DNA of 64,000 nucleotides from an uncultured delta proteobacterium (GTDB lineage: Bacteria; Myxococcota; B64-G9): NCBI GenBank assembly GCA_963754925.1, contig CAVWHX010000004.1, positions 1,120,001 through 1,184,000 of the forward strand, in the 5' to 3' direction. The stretch's first letter is position 1; every line of letters begins with the position of its first letter. Under the pieces are notes generated by a model. That model saw only the letters and a program-made list of their open reading frames with translations, did no database searches and was not told the origin of the DNA. Shown piece by piece: positions 9,975 to 18,690 of the stretch. Both the position numbers and the translations under genes were made by a program.

Positions 9975-10619
9975 ATGAGGCCACATAAAACTAAAAAAAG
10001 AAAAAGCTCTGCTTACGAGAAACGCAGACTGATTCTCAACGCCGCTATACGAGTCTTTGCGCAGAAGGGTTTTCATCGCTGCCGGATCTCGGATATCGCC
10101 AGTGAAGCTGGCGTGGCTTACGGGTTGGTATACCACTACTTCGAGCACAAAGAAGCCATCCTCAATACCATCTTTGATGAGAACTGGGGGCTTTTCACCA
10201 AAGTGCTCGAAACCATCAAGGAGCAGCCCGAGCCGTTGGAAAAGAAGCTGCTGGCAGTGGTGTCAATGCTCCTGGATGCCTATAAGTTGTTTCCTGATAT
10301 TATTCAAGTAATTGTGATGGAGATTGCCCGTTCGTCCAAGTTTTTGAAGAAGCCGAAGATAGAAGCTTTCGAGAAGTCTTTTCAGCGTTTTGCGGACATT
10401 CTTGAGCACCACAAGAAAACCGGCGAGGTCCGTGGTGATGTCGACACGAAGCTTCTTGCTTACTCGCTCTTTGGTTCGATAGAGCTAATTTTCACGGCTT
10501 ACATTTTGGGTTCATTGGTTCCCGGCGACGACCAAGCCTATGAGGCGCTCAAGATATACCTCGTGAAGGTCATCATGGATGGTATTCGCTCAAGGCCGCT
10601 CGTAGCACCAGCAAGCTGA
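9975..10619 (+). CDS. TetR/AcrR family regulator (FadR/YsiA-like)
   Basis: ILNAAIRVFAQKGF...ISDIASEAGVAYGLVYHYFEHKEAIL HTH. Confidence 0.92.
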   Translation: MRPHKTKKRKSSAYEKRRLILNAAIRVFAQKGFHRCRISDIASEAGVAYGLVYHYFEHKEAILNTIFDENWGLFTKVLETIKEQPEPLEKKLLAVVSMLLDAYKLFPDIIQVIVMEIARSSKFLKKPKIEAFEKSFQRFADILEHHKKTGEVRGDVDTKLLAYSLFGSIELIFTAYILGSLVPGDDQAYEALKIYLVKVIMDGIRSRPLVAPAS

Positions 10620-10625
10620 TTCCCA

Positions 10626-13235
10626 TCAGAACATCGTGTTGCTTCCGGTTCCGCCCGAACCGAGCACGCCGAGGTCTAACCACAAAAAAACATCGGGGTT
10701 CTTTAGTATGCGCAGCATGCGAATCGTGACCGCCAAACCGAAGCAGCGACAGTTGGAATTGTATGCAATTCCACCTCCGTACCAGTTTAGCTTCATGATG
10801 GTAAGATCGAAGTTTGCACCGCCGTTTATTGATACACTATCAAGAAGTTGCACCTTTCCGGAGAGATCGACAAGATGCAAGGAATCGCCCATTGCCCGCT
10901 CGGGCAATGCCGCAAGCCCTAACGGCAACCCATCCTCCTGTTGGGTCCGCTCGGCCAGCGGCAACAGCTGCCCGCTATTGGTATCTTTAAATGACGGCAG
11001 GTAAAGATAGGAGATCGCCACAGAGTGACCGCCTGGCAATTGCAGACCAAGGTTCGCATCCACCTCGGCCAGCGAATGCTTTTCCCAGTCGCCCCCCAGG
11101 ACAAGATCGAAGGACACCGGTGCCTGGTCGACTTTTATCAAGCCGGTCATCTGAGCTGGTCGGCCGTGCTCCAAATCGTAGCCCTGCCACAGTGATACAT
11201 TAATTAGTTTCGACCAGCCTAACCACCCGTTGCGATAGAGACTGGTCTCGAAGCCGCCGATCAATTGAACTGCATGTTGGGTAAGACGATCCTGCCAATC
11301 AAAGAACTGCGGGCTCACGCTGGATGAAAGTCCTGGCCAGGCGCCGGCAACTTGCACAAAGGGAGAAATGAGATGCCCAAACTGAGCTTGGTCCCCGAAG
11401 GAACGGGTAAGCTCGCTGCAAGCCCGCAGCGAAGCGTACGAAAGCCCGCGCGTGAAAGGATCAGGCGCGAGCGGGCCGTGCGGGAGGTAAAGAAATTGTC
11501 GATGGAACAACTGACCCTCGATCTCGAGAAAGTTTCCGATCCGGATCGGAATATCGATGGTTGGCTTTGCCATCAGCCGTACGGCGCGGCGCAATTCACC
11601 GGTGCCCAGGCTTTTGTTTCCTTCACCATTGAAGGTCTCATAAGTATTTTCATTTGCCGGCAGCGGTAGCGAAAGCTGCGAAGCGGGCATTCCGTCCATG
11701 CCCCAATCGCGCCAAGAAACTCCCAACGAGGAAAAATTTGCTGTTTCAAGCTCCAACGAGAATCGCAGTGGGAAGTTTGTCAAGGACACTGGAGCGAGCG
11801 CCCATGAAACCGCCCCAAGCCGATGTATGGTATCGGAGGGCTTCATGTCATAGACGGTTTTATCAGAGAACATCTTTTCCCCGCCGAAGCGAAGGTCTTG
11901 ATAGTACGTCCCATCAAGGGCGAATAGCGTCTGCGCCCCGCGCTGCCAGAAAGCTAATTGAGAAGGTGCGTCATCCACGGCCCGTCCGGCCAGGTCGCTT
12001 CTGAAATCCCCAACCAGGCTGCTGTCGCTGTACAAGTGAAGGGAAGTACGCAAAGCGGTTTGCGAAGAAAAATCGGCAAAGGAGTTAACCTCGCCAAAAA
12101 ACCGCAGCTTGTTGGGAGGGCCGCCGATTGGAAAGAAGGCGGGAGCGGCAGGGGTACCAAGATTCTCCACGAGCGAAGCTTTGTGGTCCTGCAGAATGCC
12201 AAAATGCATCACCACGTCTGATGTCTCCGAAGGCCGGGCGCGAAACTCCAGACGCTCGCGTGACCCGCGATCTTCAAACCAGTCGTAACTTAAGGTAGTG
12301 TCCGCGCTTTGACCCAGGGTCACAAACAACGATTCGGAGAGCACTACCCCGTCGCGGCCGGAAAAATTCACCTGCGGGAACAACAGGCCGGTGCGCCGAT
12401 CGCTCAAGGGAAGATACGCCGCCGGCAGAATGAACACCGGCAAGCCCTTGGCGTAGAATATCGGCCACGTCATCCAAGCCCGCTCGTTCGGCAGCACATC
12501 GGCGCTCGAGGCGCGTATCTCCCAGGTGGGTCTTCCTCCGCGGCAATCACAGGTGGTGAAGCGGGCTTTATCGATCAGGTAATGACCGTCCTGGCGTTCC
12601 ATATGTTCCCCGCCGAGATATAAGTCGTTGAGCCCGCTGTTCTCGCATGCGGGCGTGGTCGCGCATTGATTCGAAGTTCCCGATAACGGTTCTTTCTTCA
12701 TCAGGATGAGCGCCCGCTCAATAATCGCGTGCGAAGTCTTACTCTCGATCTCGAGACGGTCGCTCAAAAGCACCCGCTTGCCGTCGACCGCGCGAACGTT
12801 GCCGATAAAAACGCTTCGTTCTTCTTTGACGAACAAATCGGCCTCGTCGGAACGGATGTCCATGGCTCCGCCAAAAACATGGACATTGCCGCTGAGATGC
12901 ACGCGGTTGCCGTCGTCAACGGCCGTCATCTGATCGGCCTCAACCTGCAGTTCGTGCTGGGTTTGCGGATTCCAGGAAAAATCATCGAATAACGGTCGGA
13001 CCTGGGGTGCGGCGCCGAACAATTCCGGCGACCATAGGAGGAGAAGGATTGTCATTCCCGCGGAAGCGGCGTGCGGCTTGGCTGCGTGCGGCTTGGCTGG
13101 AATCCAACCTTTCATAAGGCTTCTGGGCCCCCAGCCAAGCCGCACGCGCTTTCGCGGGGGTGACGAGTTTTTGGAGTTTTGCGACACACTCGTTAACCGG
13201 CGCTGGTTGTTAACTCTGCCAAGAACGACGAGCAT
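10626..13235 (-). CDS. lptD: LPS-assembly protein LptD (start uncertain; possibly ATG 13055)
   Basis: OstA-like beta-jellyroll, FTTCDC...PTWEIRA, RRTGLLFP, C-terminal YNSNCRCFG; beta-barrel length. Confidence 0.82.
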   Translation of the reverse strand: MLVVLGRVNNQRRLTSVSQNSKNSSPPRKRVRLGWGPRSLMKGWIPAKPHAAKPHAASAGMTILLLLWSPELFGAAPQVRPLFDDFSWNPQTQHELQVEADQMTAVDDGNRVHLSGNVHVFGGAMDIRSDEADLFVKEERSVFIGNVRAVDGKRVLLSDRLEIESKTSHAIIERALILMKKEPLSGTSNQCATTPACENSGLNDLYLGGEHMERQDGHYLIDKARFTTCDCRGGRPTWEIRASSADVLPNERAWMTWPIFYAKGLPVFILPAAYLPLSDRRTGLLFPQVNFSGRDGVVLSESLFVTLGQSADTTLSYDWFEDRGSRERLEFRARPSETSDVVMHFGILQDHKASLVENLGTPAAPAFFPIGGPPNKLRFFGEVNSFADFSSQTALRTSLHLYSDSSLVGDFRSDLAGRAVDDAPSQLAFWQRGAQTLFALDGTYYQDLRFGGEKMFSDKTVYDMKPSDTIHRLGAVSWALAPVSLTNFPLRFSLELETANFSSLGVSWRDWGMDGMPASQLSLPLPANENTYETFNGEGNKSLGTGELRRAVRLMAKPTIDIPIRIGNFLEIEGQLFHRQFLYLPHGPLAPDPFTRGLSYASLRACSELTRSFGDQAQFGHLISPFVQVAGAWPGLSSSVSPQFFDWQDRLTQHAVQLIGGFETSLYRNGWLGWSKLINVSLWQGYDLEHGRPAQMTGLIKVDQAPVSFDLVLGGDWEKHSLAEVDANLGLQLPGGHSVAISYLYLPSFKDTNSGQLLPLAERTQQEDGLPLGLAALPERAMGDSLHLVDLSGKVQLLDSVSINGGANFDLTIMKLNWYGGGIAYNSNCRCFGLAVTIRMLRILKNPDVFLWLDLGVLGSGGTGSNTMF
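13051..13164. repeat. REP-like doublet carrying three 15-bp inserts, overlapping the lptD 5' end
   Basis: gtcattcccgcggaagcg[gcgtgcggcttggct x2]ggaatcca and tgggccccc[agccaagccgcacgc]gctttcgcgggggtgac. Confidence 0.8.
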
Positions 13236-13295
13236 ACTATATAGGATATTTGTTTTTTGAAACCCAAATTACAGGGGTATGGAGATAGCGATCTT

Positions 13296-14333
13296 TTACG
13301 CGGGACTGCCGTGCTCGTGATCGAGGTCAATGCGCAGGACCTGGGTGCCGATTTGGATGCGATCGTCGTCTACCAGCGGTTGGCTTTTTTGCATCCGCAG
13401 GAAGGTGCCGTTTGATGACCCGAGGTCGCGCAGGAAACAATCGCCTTCGCGATTGGACAATAGGCAGTGGCGCGCCGAGACGGTGGCGTCTCCCGGAAAG
13501 CGTACCTCGCCTTCATCGCGGCCGAGCGCCACTTCGGCGAGCGACAAGAGGTAGATCTCGCCAATCTTGCCCCCTTCCAGGATTTGGACGAGCCGCGCCC
13601 AAATCTGGGGAGCCGGACTGCCCCAAAATTGACTATCGTCATTGGGAACCGTACCGGGCTGAAGGGGCTGCAAATCGCCGGGCACCTCGAGCCGCAACAA
13701 CTGCCGCCCAATGCGAAAGTATGTGCCCGGGACAATCCTGGTCTCCCCGGTCATCTTCCAATAGACGCCGTTGTGGCTATTGAGATCAGTTAACCTAAGC
13801 TGGCCATCTTTGAACGTTATTTCAGCATGCTGCGGCGAGATAAACGGATCCTTAGGGAAAATAATTGCACCGTGCTCGCGTCCGATTATGGTTTTTTCGT
13901 CGGTCAGACTAAACACCGTTCCCTCGCTGCCATCGGGTTTAATCAACACTAAGCGCGCCCTTGGTTTTTGACTGAGGGCGGGAGAGGCAACGTGCATGAA
14001 GACCGTTCCGCCTCCCCGGTTGACGTCCTGGCCTTGGCGTTGGCCGCACGCCGAGCAAAAAAGGTCGTCGGGGTGCAGCGCATTCCCGCATATCTGACAC
14101 CGTATCTTCCAAACGGTTGCGGCGCCGGCTTGGCTTGGATGGGGTGTGGCTACGGCCGGCGGCTCAGGGGGCGACGACGCTGAACGGACGATGATTGGTT
14201 CAATGATAACGGGACCGCTCGGCATGCTTTGGGGACTCTCCGAGGGCCGGACCGGTTTTAGATTGGCGCCGCAGTCGAGACAAAATCGAAAAGAGTCGTC
14301 GTTTTCGCGTCCACAGTTTTGGCATTTAATCAT
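13296..14333 (-). CDS. double zinc-ribbon + tandem FHA domain protein
   Basis: CQNC/CLDC and CQIC/CSAC; FHA motifs IGR...ISPQH...NSHNGV and LGR...VSARH...GSSNGTF. Confidence 0.88.
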   Translation of the reverse strand: MIKCQNCGRENDDSFRFCLDCGANLKPVRPSESPQSMPSGPVIIEPIIVRSASSPPEPPAVATPHPSQAGAATVWKIRCQICGNALHPDDLFCSACGQRQGQDVNRGGGTVFMHVASPALSQKPRARLVLIKPDGSEGTVFSLTDEKTIIGREHGAIIFPKDPFISPQHAEITFKDGQLRLTDLNSHNGVYWKMTGETRIVPGTYFRIGRQLLRLEVPGDLQPLQPGTVPNDDSQFWGSPAPQIWARLVQILEGGKIGEIYLLSLAEVALGRDEGEVRFPGDATVSARHCLLSNREGDCFLRDLGSSNGTFLRMQKSQPLVDDDRIQIGTQVLRIDLDHEHGSPA

Positions 14334-14513
14334 CGCGCCCGCCTCTCAAACCAAGTCAGGTCGTGACGTCTCGCGTGGAATGATGCGTATTGAACCATCT
14401 GGGTTAATATCTGTCAAGAAGCCCGATAACTGCCCCACTTCTTTCAAAAAACCATTGAAAGACGGGACCCGCTAGAGTATAGAGCCAGCAAGCACCATCG
14501 CGGGGGTTAACGG

Positions 14514-15689
14514 TTGAAGTATTGTCCGAATTGCGGCTCGCAAGTCAAGGAAGGTGGACGGTTTTGTCCATCCTGCGGCGCCGCGATGCCGCCAACTCCG
14601 GCCGATCCGCTGCTCGGTCAGCCGTTGGACGGTAAATTTCTGATCGAGAAACTCCTCGGCGTCGGGGGAATGGGCCGGGTTTACCAAGCCACCCAGCTGA
14701 GTCTCGATAAACAGGTTTGCGTTAAAGTTCTCCATCGAACGATGATGGGCGACCCTACCTTGATCGGCCGGTTCAAACGCGAGGCGCGCGCCGCGAGTCG
14801 GCTCAACCATCCCAACAGCGTCACGGTTATTGATTTTGGACAAGCGGCCGAGGATGGCTCGCTGTACCTGGTGATGGAATATATCCCGGGCAACGATCTC
14901 GGCAAAGTCATCCGCGAGGAGCGACCTTTTTCAGAGCAACGCATCGTCATTATTATGGACCAGGTGCTTTCCGCACTGGCGGACGCGCACGCCGCCGGGA
15001 TAGTTCACCGCGATCTCAAACCCGAAAATATCATGGTGACGGATCTGCTGGGGACCAAGGACTTTGTCAAGGTGCTCGACTTTGGTATCGCCAAGATCCA
15101 GGAAGGCGCCGCAACCGATCCCGGATTAACCCAGGTGGGCATGGTCTGCGGAACGCCCGAGTATATGTCGCCCGAGCAGGCGCGCGGCGAAGCCCTGGAC
15201 GCCCGTTGCGACCTGTATTCCGCGGGGGTGACCCTCTATCAAATGGTGACCGGCCGACTGCCTTTTTCCGCCCCGACCGCCATGGCGATTGTCACGAAAC
15301 ACCTGACCGAATCAGCCGTGCCGCCAAGCCAGATAGAAGGAATCAGAGTTTCGTCGCGTCTCGAGGCGGTTATCCTCAAGGCGATGAGTAAAGACCGCAA
15401 AGGACGCCAACCCAGCGCGCTCGCCCTGCAGCAGGAGCTCAACGCGGTCCTCTCGCCAAAAATCGCCCCGGGGGAGGAAACGCCGCTCGAGACACATCTA
15501 TTTGCTATGGAGTCAATTGATCCCGTCGGTTCGGACCACGACGCCCGGATGCGGTTTGCCGCATTATCAGCGCCGAGGAGGTTATCGAACCTCAAAAAAT
15601 CGTCTTGGTTATGGCTGTGGGTGGTGCTCGCCATCGCCGTGATGGGCGGCGGCGCCATGGCCGTCTACCATTTCCTGAGGTCATGGTAG
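14514..15689 (+). CDS. Hanks-type Ser/Thr protein kinase with N-terminal zinc ribbon and C-terminal TM
   Basis: LGVGGMGRVY, VKVL, HRDLKPENIM, DFGIAK, GTPEYMSPEQ; hydrophobic C-terminus. Confidence 0.95.
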   Translation: MKYCPNCGSQVKEGGRFCPSCGAAMPPTPADPLLGQPLDGKFLIEKLLGVGGMGRVYQATQLSLDKQVCVKVLHRTMMGDPTLIGRFKREARAASRLNHPNSVTVIDFGQAAEDGSLYLVMEYIPGNDLGKVIREERPFSEQRIVIIMDQVLSALADAHAAGIVHRDLKPENIMVTDLLGTKDFVKVLDFGIAKIQEGAATDPGLTQVGMVCGTPEYMSPEQARGEALDARCDLYSAGVTLYQMVTGRLPFSAPTAMAIVTKHLTESAVPPSQIEGIRVSSRLEAVILKAMSKDRKGRQPSALALQQELNAVLSPKIAPGEETPLETHLFAMESIDPVGSDHDARMRFAALSAPRRLSNLKKSSWLWLWVVLAIAVMGGGAMAVYHFLRSW

Positions 15690-15693
15690 TAAG

Positions 15694-15744
15694 CCCCTAA
15701 AGGGATAAGAGACTGTAACTCGCTTCGCTCGTAACAGTCTCTAA
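15694..15744 (-). repeat. TTAGAG...CTCTTATCCCTTTAGGG double-hairpin element
   Basis: Reverse complement ttagagactgttacgagcgaagcgagttacagtctcttatccctttagggg; homologous to 5355, 7881 and 17967. Confidence 0.8.
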
Positions 15745-16850
15745 TCGATTTCCACCCTAAAAAGTTCCTCACCCATCAACAGCTCATCGGCCTGTTGCAG
15801 AGCCGCCGCGGAACGCAATCGCACAAAGATACCTGCCGAACCGGTATCGACGGCCACCACGCCCGCGGGGCTTAGGTGCAAATCCGCATGGTGCGCGGCG
15901 AGACGCGGGTCTGAGGGGAAGTTGATGCTGCAGTCCTTCCTACCGATCGAAACAATCGGACCGGCGCGCAAAATCACCGCGCCGGCGCGGCCGCGGGCGT
16001 TGTGGTCCTTATGCAGCACGCGCAGAGCCAGGAACAACTGCTTCGGGACAGGACTGCCGTAGGACCTGGTATCTTTCGATGGCGGCGTGCGCAAATCAGT
16101 CGTCGGTCCGCCCAATCCCAGTATCATCATTCGTTGGCTGCCGATAATTATTTCATCGCCCTGCCTCAGCTCCACCTGGCTGCGGGCACGCACAAACACG
16201 CCGTTTTGCGTACCGGGGTCTTCAGCCAAAAGGCGGCCCTGGTCGAACAGGAGGATAAGATGAACCGGCGCGAGGAAGGGATCTTCGGGAATACCGATCA
16301 TGGCGCCCGCTCGACCAATCGTAATGCGCGGCGCGTCGATCGCAAACAACTCCTCCGCGCGGCTAAATCCACGCAGCAAATGCAGCCGAGGCGATGACCG
16401 CCTGACCGGCGCTACGGACTGGCGGGGAAGAGGCGCCGGAATAGTAGGTGCTCGCTGGAGTAGCGGGTCGGGAGGCGGCTCGGGCATCGGCTCGGGTGTC
16501 GGTTGTTGCTGTGCTTGAGGCTCTCGCGGCTTTTGGGGAGGTTCTTGAGGAGGCGGTTGTGCCGCGTCTATGGATCGAAAAAGGCCGGTCACCCCTGAAA
16601 ATTCGTTACCACAATTAATGCATTTTCGTTGTGTGGGTTCATTGTAGGTATCGCAGGTTGGACAGACTATTCCGGCCTCGAGCAGATCGCTCGCGGAGAG
16701 CACTGGGCCTGGCGCCTGCGGTTGCTCCGCTCCTGACAACAGGAGCTGGCCGCACGTCATGCAGAAACGATCTCCTGTTTCGTATTCGGCTCCGCAGCCC
16801 GGACAAGCAGGCATGTACCTCCTCCTCGCCGACTCAGGTGTTGCAGGCAC
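15741..16850 (-). CDS. double zinc-ribbon + Pro-rich linker + tandem (degenerate) FHA protein
   Basis: CPGC/CMTC and CPTC/CINC; IGR...DPFLAPVH...GTQNGVF and IGR...LAAHH; paralogous layout to 13296-14333. Confidence 0.8.
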   Translation of the reverse strand: MPATPESARRRYMPACPGCGAEYETGDRFCMTCGQLLLSGAEQPQAPGPVLSASDLLEAGIVCPTCDTYNEPTQRKCINCGNEFSGVTGLFRSIDAAQPPPQEPPQKPREPQAQQQPTPEPMPEPPPDPLLQRAPTIPAPLPRQSVAPVRRSSPRLHLLRGFSRAEELFAIDAPRITIGRAGAMIGIPEDPFLAPVHLILLFDQGRLLAEDPGTQNGVFVRARSQVELRQGDEIIIGSQRMMILGLGGPTTDLRTPPSKDTRSYGSPVPKQLFLALRVLHKDHNARGRAGAVILRAGPIVSIGRKDCSINFPSDPRLAAHHADLHLSPAGVVAVDTGSAGIFVRLRSAAALQQADELLMGEELFRVEID

Positions 16851-17027
16851 CTCAACATGACCAAGCGGCCATCTTCAGAGTAATTAAGCCAACCGGTCGT
16901 GTCAACCTTAGGACGGTGATATCCGCACCAACGCGTCCGCTGATGCAGCACCACGCGCTGTTAGATTCTCTTTCACTTTTCCTTTTTATTTGACGGGGCG
17001 GGTTCGTCCGATCCATAAGTCATCGGT

Positions 17028-17969
17028 ATGCATCCGATCCTCGTCAACATCCCGATCATCAATCATCCGATTTACGCGTACGGCGCCATGCTCGGATTAG
17101 CGTTTATTTCGGGTTGGTACCTGAGCATGTACTTCGCCAATCGGGAGGGAATTCCTTATAAAATAACCTACAACACTTTTATTATCGTAATCATCTCCTC
17201 GTTGATTGGGGCGCGGGTGGCCCACCTGATCACCAATCCGGACACCTGGGGGGTGTTGCACGAGCGCGGCTTTTTTGGCGCGCTGTTCGCCTCAAAATGC
17301 GAGGGATTGGTGGCCTATGGCGGCTATATCGGCGGTACGCTTTCAGCCTGGGCTTATTTCCGACTGAAAAAAATGGATTTCTGGAGCATGGTGGATTGCA
17401 CCACGCCGGGCATGGTGCTGGGACTCGGCATCACGAGAATAGGCTGCTTTTTGGCGGGTTGCTGCCATGGAATTCCGACCGATTCGTTCTGGGGGATGCG
17501 CTTTCCTCCGGGCAGTCCGGCATCCTACGCTTTTCTGGATAGAGCGTTAGCCGGACGGTTACCGTCGCCGCCGGTGTATCCGACACAGCTCTTTGAATCG
17601 CTTCTTGGCTTTGTTCTTTTCCCCCTGTCGATATGGGCGGTGAAACGGCGCACATTCACCGGTCAGGCGTTCTTGCTGATGGTGCCGTTCTATGCGGTCG
17701 GGCGTTTTCTGCTCGAGTTTATCCGCGGCGACACCGATCGCGGCACCGTGTGGGGATTGTCAACCTCTCAATTTATCGGGGTGGTGCTCGTCATGGTGGT
17801 CATAGGATTGTACCTATGGCGTCGGCAGATTGCTCAACCGGTTCCCGCCCCGCTGAGCAAGGAGCAGGTCGAGCAGCGATTGATTGAAGCCGGGGTAGGA
17901 AAGCGCCCTGCAGCCGCATTCAAAGCGCGTGGCAATAGCTCGAGCAAAGGCAAGAAAAAGAAAAGATAA
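17028..17969 (+). CDS. lgt: prolipoprotein diacylglyceryl transferase
   Basis: AYGAM, IGARVAH, YGGYIGG, RIGCFLAGCCHG, YPTQLFES, RFLLEFIRGD. Confidence 0.95.
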   Translation: MHPILVNIPIINHPIYAYGAMLGLAFISGWYLSMYFANREGIPYKITYNTFIIVIISSLIGARVAHLITNPDTWGVLHERGFFGALFASKCEGLVAYGGYIGGTLSAWAYFRLKKMDFWSMVDCTTPGMVLGLGITRIGCFLAGCCHGIPTDSFWGMRFPPGSPASYAFLDRALAGRLPSPPVYPTQLFESLLGFVLFPLSIWAVKRRTFTGQAFLLMVPFYAVGRFLLEFIRGDTDRGTVWGLSTSQFIGVVLVMVVIGLYLWRRQIAQPVPAPLSKEQVEQRLIEAGVGKRPAAAFKARGNSSSKGKKKKR

Positions 17970-18018
17970 GAGATTCTTGCGAGCGAAGCGAGTTAGAATC
18001 TCTTATCCCCGGAGGGGA
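17965..18018 (+). repeat. TAAGAG...CTCTTATCCCC double-hairpin element overlapping the lgt stop codon
   Basis: 13-bp stem gataagagattct/agaatctcttatc, GCGAAGC loop, then tcccc-gga-gggga. Confidence 0.75.
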
Positions 18019-18033
18019 CTAAGGAGCGTTTCT

Positions 18034-18456
18034 ATGGATCGAGCCGAAGACTTTAAAAAGCAAGCGATCAATTTGTTCAAACAAACAGTCACCCAATTGG
18101 AAGATCTTTCGCGCATCTTTATTAAACCCGCCACCCTCGATCGACTCAAGTCGGACGCCAGAGGGTTGCTTGAGGAGCGTGATCGCCTTTTTAAGAAATT
18201 TGGCGAGGAATGTTTCAGGCTTATCGAATCGAACAACGTGCCGGTGCCGAAACCGGTCAAGAAGTTATACGAGACGATTCGCTCGGCGATGAATGATATG
18301 ATGGATTCTTCGCGCGAACATAGATCATCAGAAAAAGGTACTGATTGCGTCGACGATGCGCCAACCGCCAGGAAACCTCGTGTAAAAACATCTGCTAAAA
18401 AAAGACCCAAAAAATCACGCACCAAAAAACCGCGCACGGCAAAATCGAATAAATAG
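18034..18456 (+). CDS. hypothetical helical protein with Lys-rich (histone-like) tail
   Basis: AAGGAG RBS before ATG 18034; ERDRLFKKFGE helix; K/R-rich C-terminus. Confidence 0.6.
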   Translation: MDRAEDFKKQAINLFKQTVTQLEDLSRIFIKPATLDRLKSDARGLLEERDRLFKKFGEECFRLIESNNVPVPKPVKKLYETIRSAMNDMMDSSREHRSSEKGTDCVDDAPTARKPRVKTSAKKRPKKSRTKKPRTAKSNK

Positions 18457-18504
18457 TTGTAGGGACGGGCGCCTCTAAGCTCGCTATGCTCGTTAACGGA
18501 CTCG

Positions 18505-18587
18505 TGGATTCCCGCATCCGCGAGAATGACCAACAATTTTATGGACCACAAATAACAGGTGTCATCCCCACGAAAGTGGGGATCCAG
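18505..18587. repeat. REP-like doublet
   Basis: tggattcccgcatccgcgagaatgac and gtcatccccacgaaagtggggatccag between convergent genes. Confidence 0.75.
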
Positions 18588-18690
18588 CATCGGCATTTAT
18601 TCGAAGGTCATTTTTGTAGAAATGATCTTTCGAAAGGATATTGATAGGTGGAGTTTGATACGGTTGAGCGCGTTCGGTGTCTAATGACGA

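Noticed and set aside
18003..18596. 197-aa minus-strand ORF
   Set aside because: Antisense to a gene with a clear RBS; its N-terminus is translated REP sequence
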